From: Felis catus
Lineage: Eukaryota
Direction: 5' to 3'
Assembly (NCBI RefSeq): GCF_018350175.1
Contig: NC_058371.1
Location: forward strand, 200,012,001 to 200,076,000
Length of the DNA: 64,000 nucleotides
In this document: piece after piece, positions 35,560-48,559 of the stretch
Layout: each line of letters starts with the position of its first letter
How positions within the stretch are numbered: the first letter of the stretch is position 1
Notes under the pieces: model-generated
Told to the model about the DNA's origin: nothing
The model's input: only the letters and a program-made list of their open reading frames with translations
Databases searched by the model: none
Position numbers and translations under genes: made by a program

Positions 35560-36246
35560 CTGAGGACACGGCAATACACGGGTCACAGGAGGGAGGGAGA
35601 GAGGCAGTACGACACCCCCCCCAAGTCCCCAGGGCTCTTCCCGAATCAGAGCCCTTCAGTGTTCTTCAATTAAGTGTGGCCAGAGGCAAATCTACCACAT
35701 CAAAGGAGAAAAACACTAGATTTCTAAAAAGAAAGGAAAAATCGAGTCAAAACGTATTTGGTTAGAGGGCTGGGAGACAGGATTGTGTCATTATGCTTGC
35801 TTGGAAGTATGCTGCACGTTCTGTTAGAAGGGAACAGACCAGGCAGAATAAAGCATCAAAAAGCCCATAAAAAACCACCTTGCCCTCCTCTAGACCTGTG
35901 CGTCTTGAATAAAAGGACCAGATACGTTTTGAATGGCTTTGTTTTTAATTTCCAGTCTGCTGATGCCCCAAACGTGGTCCCACCCACGCACACCCAAGAG
36001 GGTCCCCACCCTGCTCTCCCGGCTGGACCCACTGGTCACACGCCTAGATGTGGAGCCAAGTCCGTGTGCTGTAAATGTTTATAAACACGGTCTCCCTGAT
36101 CTCACCAGGGACCAGGAACACAGCTCGTGGGGCACAGGGCTCGGGTGCAGAATACTGTCCTAGACCAAGAGCCCCTCGGGGTAAAACGTCTTTCTACTCG
36201 GTTATTTGTGTCCCCAGGATTGGGCACAAGGCCAGGCCCACAGCAG

Positions 36247-36280
<34 letters not shown>
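36247..36280. repeat. (CA)n microsatellite
   Basis: Direct reading. Confidence 0.95.
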
Positions 36281-36285
<5 letters not shown>

Positions 36286-36698
36286 GCCTGCCATGGCAAC
36301 TCATCCCTGCTGGAGTCTTAGAACACAGTGGGCAATGTCCAGGAGAAGCTGGTAGGTTCCAGGTCGCAAACATGCGGCTCCACTTTCTATCACCAGAGAC
36401 ACAGATCCTCGTGAGGATCCCGGACATGGTTAGGTCACTGGAGTGTTCGTGGGGCCTTGGTGTGAAGCTTGTGGGCCCTGAGACAAGCAGAGCCTTTCCC
36501 TGGCTCCTCTGATTGATCTCCATCCCCCGGGGCTCCCGAGTCAGAGGGCAGAGCCCAGGGAAGGCCATGTACGCTGGGGTGTCCACGTCAGGGGAATGTG
36601 ACGGAGGCGGGAGCTCTGGCTGGGCTGTCCCAGCTGGAACAGCATCAGGGCGAGCCCTCGGCCACGTCAGACTCACAGCCAAGGGGAGGCCCCATTAC

Positions 36699-36767
36699 CT
36701 CTTCAGGTCTGCTCAGAGCATGGCCCTCAGGACCTGTGATGCCCATCTCCAAGATCCGCTTCTGTTC
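36699..36767 (-). CDS. CRMP1: CRMP1 exon 7, [23 protein letters not shown]
   Basis: 69 bp, cag acceptor, gag|gtaatg donor; read directly because it is too short for the ORF track. Confidence 0.96.
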
Positions 36768-38089
36768 CTGCATAAGAGCAACGAGTCAGGGATTGTAGAA
36801 AGTCAATGGGGAGAGGCCGATTCTCCAGCCCCTGGTTAGGTAGGTGGGCGGCTGAGGGCTGAGGCCCGGGGGGGGGCGGTGAGTGGTTTACGGGAGCCTA
36901 ACATGGGCTCTGGGGTGATCCAGCTTCTTTGCTCCCTCTGCTCCCCCTGCCTCCTTCTGCCTTTGCAACCCAGGACCTCTGTCTGCATCCACACCTGCTC
37001 TCTATTCAGTGCCCCGACACCAGTGAGGGGGCGGGTAGGAAACGGGGCTCTAAAGACCACCCACCCACCCACCTTTCCCATCCCCGACTCTCTGCTGCAG
37101 GGCTCTCCTCGGGCAAGAAAGGAGGTGTGCGGGTATTGCGTGAACGTGGAAACAAACCACAGAGCCCCACACTGGGAGTCCGGCCACAGAACTGGCCGCC
37201 TCTGTGACTTTGGGCAAGTTGGTCAAGCTCTCTGGCCTCAGCCTTCTCTTCTTTACACTGGGGACATCCGTGCTTCTATCTTGCAGCTCCCACAATGAGT
37301 CAGGGAGGGGGCATCTGTGAGATGCCTGCATGGCACCCGGCGGGTAGCGGAAATCGGTCATCGGCAGCGGGTTCTCATTATCGGCCTCCTCTTCCTGGTG
37401 CCTGTCATTCTAGCGAAAAGCCTCTACCTCAAGCTTGTCATGTAGCCTTGAAATGGTTCCCTGAGCTAATGCCCTAGATCCAAACCCATTTGCTTCAAGG
37501 TTTCCTTGCTGCAGGAATACTATAATTTCTAAAAAAAAAAAATTGTTTTATATTGCCCAGATGTCAGCTGTGCTGCTGCTAATTTTCGCTTCTGCATTTC
37601 TGTATCATTCTCAGGCACATCCCTACCATGGGCCCCCGAGCCCTATCAGCCATGAAAAAAAAAAAACCTAATTTCAACTGCATCTCTGGTTATGAAGCTT
37701 GAGCTTACTACAGAAATGTAAACAGGAAACAAGGTGAAGGTCTAAGAGTTGGGGTGGATTTGAGTAAGGCATGGAATAATTTCAGCTATTACAGATGGTG
37801 TTTAGAAAGCATTTCTGTACACAGTCTACAAAATGATTTTATGATATGGAGAGAGCCCTGTGCAAGATTGTTTAATTGTCTGTTACCGTTTCTGTTGGAG
37901 AGAAGGCAGGAAGGGAAGAAGGGAGGCGGGAGGAAGGACCCAAGACACTACGACAGAGGAAAGCACAGGTCACAGGAAACCGGAACAGGGTTTCCAGGCA
38001 GAGATCGCGGGCCGAGCACGCGCGGTTAAACGTCTCGCACGCTGCCGGGGGGTATGTGGGTTTGTTCATTCTGGACAATGGTTTAGCAG

Positions 38090-38690
38090 TAACAACCAAA
38101 GCTGAATATACATGCACCCACCAGCCAGCAATTTCACTCCTAGGTATAGACTAACAGAAAAGCAAGCACAGGTTTTAAAAAATCTGTTTAATGTTCTTAT
38201 TTCTTTTTGAGAGAGAGAGAGAGAGAATGAGCAAGCATAAGCAGGAGAGGGGAAGAAAAAAGGGAGAGAGAGAATCCCAAGCAGGTTCCACGCCATCAGC
38301 GCAGAGTCCAACGCTGGGCTCGAACCCACAAACCGTGAGATCATGACCAGAGCTGAAATGAAAAGTCAGACGCTTAACGGACTGAGCCACCCCGGTGCCC
38401 CTGAAATGGGAACACAGGTTTAACAAAAGCCTGAGCAAGAATGTGCACAGAAGCTTTGTACACGCAGTCCTACATTTGAAACCATCCAAACATCCAGCAG
38501 TGAGAGAATAATTTCTGCCATATTCCTGCATCAGAATTCCACAAGTGATGGAAACAGAAAAAATTACGGTTTTGTGGACAACGGGGAGGAATCTCACGGA
38601 CTGCGTTTTGAGCAAAAGACGACAGACGTAAAAGAACGCATACCACGCGGTTCCATTTTTATGAAGTTCAAAACTAGGCAGAACGGAGAT
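38090..38690 (+). mobile_element. L1M 3' fragment interrupted by a minus-strand Can-SINE (38175-38402)
   Basis: ccagcaatttcactcctaggtatagac...; ccatttttatgaagttcaaaactaggc. Confidence 0.7.
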
Positions 38691-38739
38691 GTGTGGGGTC
38701 GACGATTTCTGAGAGGTCCCCAGCGAGCCCGCCTCCTGG

Positions 38740-40680
38740 CTTCCGTGCCCTGGGTAACCGATCCCCCCTTGGCATGTGGCCTGGCCCTAGCAGCATGCTT
38801 CTAATGAGCATCACACGGACAAAAGAGGTGGGATGTCCCTGCAGAGGTGAGGCTACAAAAGGGTTCTGGCCTCCACCTTGCTCTCTCCCTTGCTCTCTCG
38901 GGAGGAAGCCAGTCTCCCCACTGGCAAGGAACCAAGCTGGCCTTTCGTAACGGCCAGCAAAGAACAGAGGCCATCGGTCTGACAGCCTGCAAAGAACGGA
39001 ATCCTGAAAAGCACCACCTGAGTGGGGTTGGAAGACCCGTCCTAGTCCAGCCTAGGACTGCCACCTTCACCGTAGCCTGTGACAGTCCCAACTGAGCCAC
39101 ACCTGGACTCCTGACCCAATGGACAGGAAGATAAGAAATGTTTACTGCTTTAAGATGCTAAGTGCCGGGGTGCTTTGTCACGCAGCCACAGAGAACTAAC
39201 CTAGAGGTTGGTGACCAGAGGTAGGGTGTTACCGTAACAACCACCTGAAGCTGTGGCAGTGGCTTTGGGACCGACCAGGACGTGCACGGAGGCTGCAAGA
39301 ATTTCAAGGCACATGTTGAAGAACGCCCAAAGTAGCCCGGAATGGACCACCTGTGGAAAGACGGACCTTGGGAGACCTTGGCAGTAAGACCTCAGGAGGA
39401 AATGAGGACATTTTTGGAAGCTAGAGCCCGCTGTGTCTTAGCAGAAGGCTTAGCGCACTGCCCTCCGTGGCGACATGGAGGGCAGAAACGGGCCGAATGA
39501 GCCGGGGCCCCACGCAGGAGACTGCCCAACCAGCTGTTGGGAGAGTCTGTCTGGTTTCTTCCCGCTGCTTGGAGTAAAATGAAAGAGGGGGCGTAAAGAA
39601 GCAAGGGGTGTTAAAAAGGAACCAGGACATGATAGTTTTGAAAATTCTCCACCTCTCCAAAGAGTAGAGGATAGTGCAATGAAGAAATGTCTTCTGAGCA
39701 AATATCAAATGCAGGGCATAAGCAGCAGACAGTAGCCCAGTGACCCTACAACCTTGGTGAAGATCTGGAAAGATGGAGGGTGGTTGTCCACAGGGTGAAT
39801 CAGTCACAAAAGGCCCTGTGAAGAGATTGAGGGTGTGTCCCCAGAGCCTCTCCGACAAGAGGGCCTCTACAGAGTTCCGGGTGCGACCAGGGTAGGGGTA
39901 GACTTATCTGGAAGAAATCTGTGGGTGCCTTTTGTCTGATGGGGTGAGCCACAGAGGGATTCACGGGAGGCCAACAAAGGTTTGGGGAGAATCACTCTAG
40001 CAAAACACCGGCAGTCTGGGCTGAATGGAATGAAAACTCCTCGAAAGGAAGGGGGGCAGTTGGACCTTCAAAGTCTACGGGGCAGGAAGCAGGCTCAGCT
40101 GCAGGCACGTGCTGCCTGCCATGGGACGGATCGATGACGGGAAGCGGGGGGATAGAGCCAAGAGCCCGGAAGGCGGAGCCAAGAACCACGCAGAACTATT
40201 CTCAGGCTCCAAGACCACTCAAGGAACTGCCAACATGTGTCCGACCGGATTTCAGAACGGCTGTGGACCAATCCTGAAGCTTTCTGTTTTCCCTCTTGAA
40301 AAGGAATGTCCACCCACCGTTGATGCTGTATGTTGAGTGTGTGTCGGGGGGAGGCAGATAACTCATCTCTGTGGCTCCAGAGACCTAAGGACTGTCCCCA
40401 AGGCGCCTCACCTACACCTAGATCTGACCTAGACACTTCCAGACTTTGGGGCCGTGACGGGGCTGTGACGGGGAGTCGGGAGGACCCTGGAAGGGGACAG
40501 ATGTGTTCTGCATGTGAGAGGGGTATCAGCCACTGGGGGTCAGAGGACAGACTGGCAGACAGTCTCGGAGAGGGCCCCCAGCGATACTCCCTTCCTGGCA
40601 TTCACACCCTTGTACAACCCCAACTTTCTGGCTGTGGGCTAGCCTTAGTGACTTGTTACCAATGAACAGAATTCTGCTGC
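38740..40680 (+). mobile_element. MaLR element: MLT1 LTR, MLT-internal region, start of second LTR
   Basis: LTR ending ...ttgtcacgcagccacagagaactaac; MLT-int start motif; MLT-int end motif ggaactgccaacatgtgtccgaccggatttcagaac. Confidence 0.7.
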
Positions 40681-41851
40681 GTGATACAACGTGTTTGTTT
40701 TTTACTCTGAATTTGAAAGAATTTTGATTTCACAGAAAAACTGCAAGGATGCGAATAATAAGAAGTAAAGCCAGTAGCTAACATTCACGGCGAATCTTCA
40801 GATCTCACGCACTTCACCATCGCGGCACAGGCCTGCCGCGCTATGGGACTGCCTTACCGTCCTGGCTCTGTGCCCCATGTAACAGCGAGCAAGATGTTCC
40901 TGTCCGAGCCTCAGTTTCCCTATCTATAAAGTGGGGACGTCTATGCCATCTCTATGCCATGGAGTAGTTGTGAGCATCGCCATATACACGGCATCGTGCC
41001 TGGTATTAACTCCCTTGACTAGATGCATCCAAGTCTCCTGTATGCCTGGCCTTGCTCGGGGACGTCATGACCAACCCACAACCCACCCCCCCGCGCCCCT
41101 GCAAGGCCAAGTGGCCACCCCTGCCTTCCTCCTCTTCTCCTCCATCTGGTCACTCGATGAAATCTGAAGAAGGTGCTCCTTCCTTCACACACTTCGCTTC
41201 TCCCACCTCCTCTATCTCCCGTCTTCATTCCTTCTAAGAAATGAAGTAGAACCTAGCCGGTCACCCCGTGTCCATCCTTTTCCTGCCAAGTTCATTCTAC
41301 AGCCAGAATGATCACATTGGGCTAATGTCTCCCTTTGCCCAAAGCTTCTGCGTCGCTGCAGCCTATTACAATGCGTCAGACACTGCCCTTCACATACGCG
41401 ATAGAATTTAATCCTCACAAGGTAGGTGCTTCTGGACGAAGAACAAGAATGTTCGTGGGGTAGAGTTCCCTGCCCGAGGTAGGAGGGCTGGGAGGCGGAG
41501 GGGGCCGGGCTTTAGCCATCACACCCCCCTCCCAAGTCCCATAAGACGGTGATCAACCCCAGCGCCCACGTGCCTCATCTCTGGTGTCTCCAAGTCTGCA
41601 AAGTATCTCCATTCAACCCTTATTTGTCTCTCACACAAACCCTTTGAGGTCCTCAGTGGCCTGCCGAAGGCCCCTGCAGACGGTGCGTGTGTGACGCCTA
41701 CCTGGAGCGTCTGAGGCGTCATCCAGTTCCCGGCCTGACCCTTCGCTGCCTGGCCACCTCACTGACCGATGCCCCCACCCCTTCGATCAGACCTTCTGCA
41801 CACGGCTGCCGACTGGAGCGGAAAGGGCGGACCTCCCTCCACACCGCTCAC

Positions 41852-41932
41852 CTGAGCTATCAAGTCTCCATTTTCCGCGTGGACCAAGATCACAGCTCCC
41901 AGCCCCTTAAGGAAGGTGAAGGCTTCATAGAG
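41852..41932 (-). CDS. CRMP1: CRMP1 exon 6, LYEAFTFLKGLGAVILVHAENGDLIAQ
   Basis: 81 bp, ttccccag acceptor, cag|gtgagc donor. Confidence 0.97.
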
Positions 41933-41999
41933 CTGGGGAAGAACAAACAGGGGTTGGGGGAGATTAAAAAAAAAAATCACAGCCTGAACAGCTGCGAAG

Positions 42000-42420
42000 A
42001 GTGTTCTGCTCACGCACAGTCACCCACCCGCCGGCGGCCGCGGCCGCGGCACCACCGTTCTGTTCACGCGGATGGAAAGTTAAGCCTTGGAGAGGATCTC
42101 CCTTTGACCCTGACGCCCTCTGGACGCTAAAGCAGGAGGCTGCGGGTAGGGCAGAACCGATCAAAGCCGCACCGTGGCACAATATGCCTTGCGTCTTGGT
42201 GCCCACCCGCGCCTTTCGCGTTCGCTGCGGCCCTGCTCCATTGACGTGCCTTCAGCTGCCGCCGGGGACAACGAGGGTGCGAAGCTGGTTTTCGTTTTAT
42301 TGAGACTGTGTAACTGAATGCGCTCAGCCTGTCCTGCGGCACCCGGGGGTTTGTACAGCTCTACGAGAACTTGAACGCGTGTCATTTTCCAGACCACGGT
42401 GGGGCGGGGGTCGGAGTCTA
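42000..42420. promoter_or_regulatory. CpG-dense intronic segment upstream of CRMP1 exon 6
   Basis: Many CpGs (GCGGCCGCGGCCGCGG, CGCGTTCGCTGCGG), TGACGT half-CRE and a GC box; not repeat-derived by eye. Confidence 0.4.
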
Positions 42421-43403
42421 CAAGAACTCTTAACACTCAGGTCATATGCACCTGCCAGGCAACCCCTTATGTAGGCAGTACAGGCCCCGCCCACCGCCCC
42501 TGCCCTCTTCCCACCTGCAAAGGATCAGCACTCAGACATTTGCACGCGGTGAGGCCCAAAGCCCCCACGTTCCTTCTCTGGGGCCTCTCGAATTTTACCT
42601 TCGTTCTCCAAGTGTGCAAGGCAGCATCCCACCCTGGGACGTGTACTTTTCTATGGAGATGGCAGGCGGGGAGGATACATAGGGGCAGGAAGCACCTTCC
42701 AGGACCCCCATCGCTCAACTCCACCTGTCCGTGGGGTTTGGCGGTTAGAATAGAACAGGTGAAAAGTTCAGTTATGCTAGACAGACTCATGCTACTTTGT
42801 CATGAGACTGAGCCAGTTTTAGCCTTTTGGTGACACAGCAGAGGCCTCCAGGGCATCTGGGGGTAAGTGATTCTTTGTAACTGCGCGTGTTTATTTTGAA
42901 AGGCAAGACACGGAAGCATCTCCCATCACACATCAAAGGCATTACAGCTTACTGGCATCCATATGTGCCAGGCACTGCCCTGGAGCCTCGTGTGAACTCA
43001 TCCAATCCTCCGACAACCTTCATGAGGCTCTTAGGAGTCTAAAGCAGAGAGGTTGAGAAAGCTGCCTCGGGCTGCCCAGCAAGGCCAAATTTTGCGGCCA
43101 AGCAGTCTGGCTGTCACATCCCTGCCCTTTACCAGCGCACCACCCCGCCTTCTTAACCAGCAGAGGGCAGAGCACTGATAACAAAACAAACCAGGAGCCC
43201 CAGTGGCGTCAGAAGGCCAAGCGCCCGGCAGACAGTCACTGCGTCACCTGTACCATCGAGCCGCACCTTCTCTATAGCGGCTGTCCCCCCACGACAATTG
43301 TTTGAAGCCGGCACGGCCAGAGATGACCGCCTTGCACAGGTGAGAAAACTCAGGGAGGGAGTGGCCCCAGTCACTCAACTGGTCGGAGAGACAGCTAGGA
43401 CTC

Positions 43404-43843
43404 TCCTCTGGGTCAGAGCTAACGGCATGGTCCCCACTCCTCTGGGTCAGAGCTAACGGCATGGTCCCCACTCCCCTGGGTCAGAGCTAACGGCATGGTC
43501 CCCACTCCCCTGGGTCAGAGCTAACGGCATGGTCCCCACTCCCCTGGGTCAGAGCTAACGGCATGGTCCCCACTCCCCTGGGTCAGAGCTAACGGCATGG
43601 TCCCCACTCCCCTGGGTCAGAGCTAACGGCATGGTCCCCACTCCCCTGGGTCAGAGCTAACGGCATGGTCCCCACTCCCCTGGCTCAGAGCTAACGGCAT
43701 GGTCCCCACTCCCCTGGGTCAGAGCTAACGGCATGGTCCCCACTCCTCTGGGTCAGAGCTAACGGCATGGTCCCCACTCCCCTGGGTCAGAGCTAACGGC
43801 ATGGTCCCCACTCCTCTGGATCAGAGCTAACGGCATGATCCCC
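43404..43843. repeat. Minisatellite/VNTR, 34-bp unit x13 (CTGGGTCAGAGCTAACGGCATGGTCCCCACTCC[C/T])
   Basis: Unit starts at 43410, 43444, 43478 ... 43818; only a few point variants. Confidence 0.97.
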
Positions 43844-44189
43844 AAACTTGCTAGCGTCCCAGGATGAACTGCACAGCTTTTGGAAAGTCTGTGATAGGAT
43901 CTGAGTCTGTCTTTTCAATGAGCGTTTTAGAGGATGCTAAGGATGAGCTGGGTTTGGGAACCACCGTGTAAGGGACCCCCCCACTCCACCCTACTCTAGG
44001 AGCCAAAAAGGAATGCAGGCCCAGCAGGCGTGGGGACTGACACAGGTCACTCGGCAATTTAGTGGACAGACCGGGACTTGAACCCAGACCTCTCCCCTGC
44101 CCCTTCTCACAGCTCCCTTACCCTGTGCTGTCTTGCCCGACACGGTGGCTTATTCCTGCCCAGGAGAGGAGGTGTGCAGGAGGACCTAC

Positions 44190-44251
44190 CTGGCTATCAG
44201 ACATCTGGTAGAGATCCTTGTACGCCATGTAGACTTGGAAGGAATTGACAC
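44190..44251 (-). CDS. CRMP1: CRMP1 exon 5, (G)VNSFQVYMAYKDLYQMSDSQ
   Basis: 62 bp, cag acceptor after a long pyrimidine tract, cag|gtaggt donor. Confidence 0.96.
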
Positions 44252-45099
44252 CTGTTTCAAGATGAAAAAAGAGAACAGAAAAATGCATTTAGAAAAAAGA
44301 AGGGTGACTCTCCAGTCAATGATCACAGTACAGAGTGCTGACCCCTAGGATAGAGGGCTGCCGCTGGGATTCACAGTGGGGACACCGAACCCAGCCTGGG
44401 GGTAAGGGGAGGAGGGTCAAAGGAGGCTTCTAGGAAAGTCACACAGGCTGAATCTGAAGAAGAAGAAGGGGGCGTGGGAGGGAAGGAGGGGGAGGAGGGG
44501 GAGAGGTGGGGGAACCATTTGGATTGAGAGGGGGTGTGCATGGGTAAGGACAGTAGGGAGGATGAAAAGACACACGATGTGAAGGTACTAGAAGTGTCCT
44601 ACAGCGGGATCCAAGGGACCACGAGGGTTTTTTTTAATCCCTTATTTTTTTTTATGTTAAAATCCATAGAACGGAATTCACCATCACCGCCATTGTGAAG
44701 TGTGCATTTCAGTGGCGTTCAGTGCATTCAACAGGTTGTGCAACCATCACCACGATCTACCGGAGCGTGTGTTTCTAAAGCAAGAAGTGACATGATCAGC
44801 CTTTTTTTTTTGTCTCAGAAAGACCATGCTGGAAGCGGTGTGGAGGATGGGGGGTGGGTCTGCAGAACAGCAGAGAGAAATGGCAGCTTGTAGGGTGATG
44901 GTGAGAGCGAATGGGACAGGTGCGCAGAGACTCTGAGCCTGGACAGGAGCTGCAGGGTCGGGGGAGGATTCGAAAAGGTGGAAATGGCAGGCTTTCACGT
45001 GCTGTGTGGACAGGCCAGCAGGGAGCACAGGACGTAGGGGACTCTTCCCTAACACACCTTCCAGTTGCTTGAGGACAGGCACCATGTCTTAAATACGAC

Positions 45100-45800
45100 T
45101 TTATTATTTTTTAATGTTTATTTTTTAATACTTTTTTTAATGTTTATTTTTGAGAGAGAGACAGAGCATGAGCGGGACAGGGGCAGAGAGAGAGGGAGAC
45201 ACAGAATCCGAAGACAGGCTCCAGGCTTGAGCTGTCAGCACAGAGCCGGATGTGGGGCTCAAACTCACAAAGCATGAGATCACGACCTGAACCCAAGCCG
45301 GACGCTTAACAGACTGAGCCACCCAGGCACCTCTTAAATACTATTTTAATTTGCACACCCATAATATGTGCTGTGCAATTACTGCTTGTTCATGGAATCC
45401 AGAGGTGTCTAGATAATATGAGTTGAAGGCAAACTATGAAATGGGATTTAGAATTCCTTTATACTAAATAATGAAGACAAACCAAAAATCTTTCCTTGTG
45501 TAGAAAACCCTGGCAACAAAAATTCCTTGTCAAATTATTAGGAAAAATGTAAAGAAAAAGTAATATTCGGAAAGCAACATTAAAAGTATCCGTTTCTGGG
45601 GTGCCTGAGTGGCTCAGGTGGCTAAGCATCTGACTCTAGATCTCAGCTCAGGTCATGATCCGAGGGTCATGCGTTCAAGCCCCGTGTTGGGCTCTGGGCT
45701 GACAGTGTAGAGTCTGCTTGGGATTCTCTCTCTCCCTCTCTCTCTGCCCCTTCCTCTCTCTCTCAGAGTAAATAAATAAACCTAAAAAAATTTTTTTTAA
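45100..45800. mobile_element. Divergent Can-SINE pair (45100-45333 -; 45597-45800 +) in old L1 sequence
   Basis: SINE bodies; AT-rich L1-like flanks. Confidence 0.85.
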
Positions 45801-48464
45801 ATAAAAAATAAGAACAGCAGACACAGTTATTTTTGGGGGGAGAAGGGTATTATGATGGCAACACAGCCCACGGATCTTCTATTGGGGGGCATCTGGCAAA
45901 GCTCTATTTCTTGCCTGAGTAGGGGAGCCTCATCATAATTCATGAAGCCACATTGTTTTTATTTATGTGGTTTTTCTACTTCTGCTTTACTTTAGGTTCA
46001 AAATATTCAAATAAAAGCAAAGAAGCCAAAAACCCCAAAGGGAAAACAGTACTTTCAGACAATTTAAGAAAAAAAAATGGCTAACTAATAAAGACAAAAA
46101 AAATTGATTTTATTTGTAATCAAAGTAATTCAAACTAAAACCTCAGCACCGCACCACATCTTAACATATGGTGCCCAGAGCTAGTGAATGTGCATCGAAA
46201 TCAGTCCCTCTTACATACCAATTTGCACCTGCTTAAAAAACCAATTAAGCCATGCATATCAAGAGTAGTAAACGTTCCAGAATATTCGGCTGGATGCTGC
46301 CAGTACTAGCAATGAGCCTAAGGAAACACAGTGGGTCCTGGTATTCACAAAACCTCCCAAACTCACAGATGCCATCATTAACAGTTTTTCTCCAAGGAGG
46401 CTGCATGAAACACCAGTTCTCAAGGACTGCAGTGAACACTTACTGGACTGTCAACCCATTCATAATCCCTTCCAGTTCTTGGCAACCCCACTCTTACTCT
46501 CCCCACCTCATAACCTTGGAGGCAGCCATGTCCATACCACGTGACCACAGACCACAGATGGTAGCCTAGGACTGGGCACCTGGCAGAGGCTGAGCTGAGC
46601 CAGGAGGAAGGACAGAGTCCAGTTAAAACCCCCAAACACCTGCTGGTCTCTGAAACAGAGATGCACACCCAAAGGGCGGGCCGCTGCATTCCATCATGGT
46701 AAGACAGAAGTAGAGGATGCAGGTCAAGGGTGAGGGGGAACAGAGCTGGCTCAGAGAGGAAAGCACAGAAGAACAGGAGGCAAGACTCCCTTGCAAAGGA
46801 TGCTTGGATACACATCATTATCCTAAGGCACATCTGCTCCATTCAACTTAAGCCAAAATCTGGAGGGATTCTGTTGTTTGCAATCAAACACGGGGATGTT
46901 GATATCCATATTGGTAAAGAAAACCTGATTCATCAGCAACGAACAGGTTTCTTTACTGCAGGGCTTCCCCCGGATTTTAACATGATAATGTGCATTAAGA
47001 ATATTCAAGAACAGAATAAACAGAGAGCATTTCTCAAACTTATTGGACCCCAGAAGCCCTTGTTCATGGAATATTTATTTTCTCACTCATCAAATATTTA
47101 CTGAGTCCTTACTATGCATGAACACCATCCTAGAAGTTAGAGATACAGCTGTGACCCAGGAAGGAAGAAGGATGCCTGCCTACTTTCTACTTGGAATAAG
47201 CAATAAGTGAATAAATAAGCAAGGGCGTTTCATGCAGAGATGGGTGCTAGGAAGAAATTAAACAGGCTGATACATTTTTTAAAGTTTCACAAAGTTCTGC
47301 AGTGACTCTGCCTCTCCCCACTCCTTGAATGCGGGCTGGTTTGGAGACGTGTGCCAACCAATGGTCTGAAGCAGAAGTGACGCCATATTGGCTCCAAGTC
47401 TCGCCTTGGGGCTTCCGGCTCACTTTGGAGACTCATGTGAAGGGTCTCGGGAGAGCCTGTGGGAGGACAGGTCATGGAGATGTATGTATTGCTTATCCAT
47501 TCACCCATCGATGGACATTTGGTTTGCTTCCACCTTTCGCCTATTGTGCACAATGCTGTACAACTATCTCTTCAAATCCCTGCCTTCAATTCTTCCCGAT
47601 AAATACCCAGAACTAGAGCTGCTGGACTGTAGGGTGGCTCTATGCTTAATTTCTTGAGGAACCTCCATACTGCTTTCCAAAGTGGCTGCGCCATTTTGCA
47701 TTCCCACCAATGGTACCCAAGGCTTCCCATCTCCCCACAGCCTTGTCAACACTTGTTCTTTTCGGATATTTTGATAACACCCTTTCCATGGGGTGTAAGG
47801 TGGTTATCTCATTGTGGTTTTAACAGTTGCCGTTTTAACCCACTAGATTTTGGAGTGGTTTGTTCTAAAAACAAAGGCTACCTGATACAGAAATCAGTGC
47901 CTGGAGGTCGGGTGCTGCAGTGGCCAAAACCTAAAACACGTGGCCTTGGCCTTGGGACTGGGGAGTGAGTGGAGGTCAGAACAGTCCCGAGGAAACTGTA
48001 GGCAAAGGCTGGGGGAAAACACCCAACAAACTGTTAGTGGAGGGTGGGAAAGGGGCCCTTCATCCTAGGTAGTGGCAACACGATGGGAAAAACCATGACG
48101 AGTAACTTGGAGGAAAATGTACCCAGAGAACTTGTGGGTCTGCCTAAAATGATTTCCATGAAGAACATAGTAAGTGCCAGTTGGTTTCTCTAAGCTACAT
48201 GTGATGAAGCACCAGAAAATACACATCAAAAAGGACCTGAGGGACAAGGATCAGGTTAGTTTGCAAGCGAAATTCAGTGAACACACAGGACGACTTCTCC
48301 TCTCTACTCTTGCCAATCTACAAACAGTTCTCAAAGTGAAAAATGACCTCAAGTGTAAGATTCAATCAAGGGTATACCCAGAACTCTTTGTTAAGACCTC
48401 ATAGAAACCCAAGGTGGTGCCCAGTAAACTTCTTTGGCCAGACAAAGGGCTTCAAAAAAATTTT

Positions 48465-48507
48465 TTTTTGAAAAAAAATTTTAAGTTTTATTTATTTATT
48501 TAGAGAA

Positions 48508-48559
<52 letters not shown>

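Noticed and set aside
42725-42741. REST/NRSE site in a neuronal gene
   Set aside because: Only the CTGTCCGTGG half-site is present; the TGCTGAA half is absent.
43404-43843. CRISPR-like array
   Set aside because: Units are contiguous with no unique spacers, there are no cas genes, and the context is a mammalian intron. It is a minisatellite.
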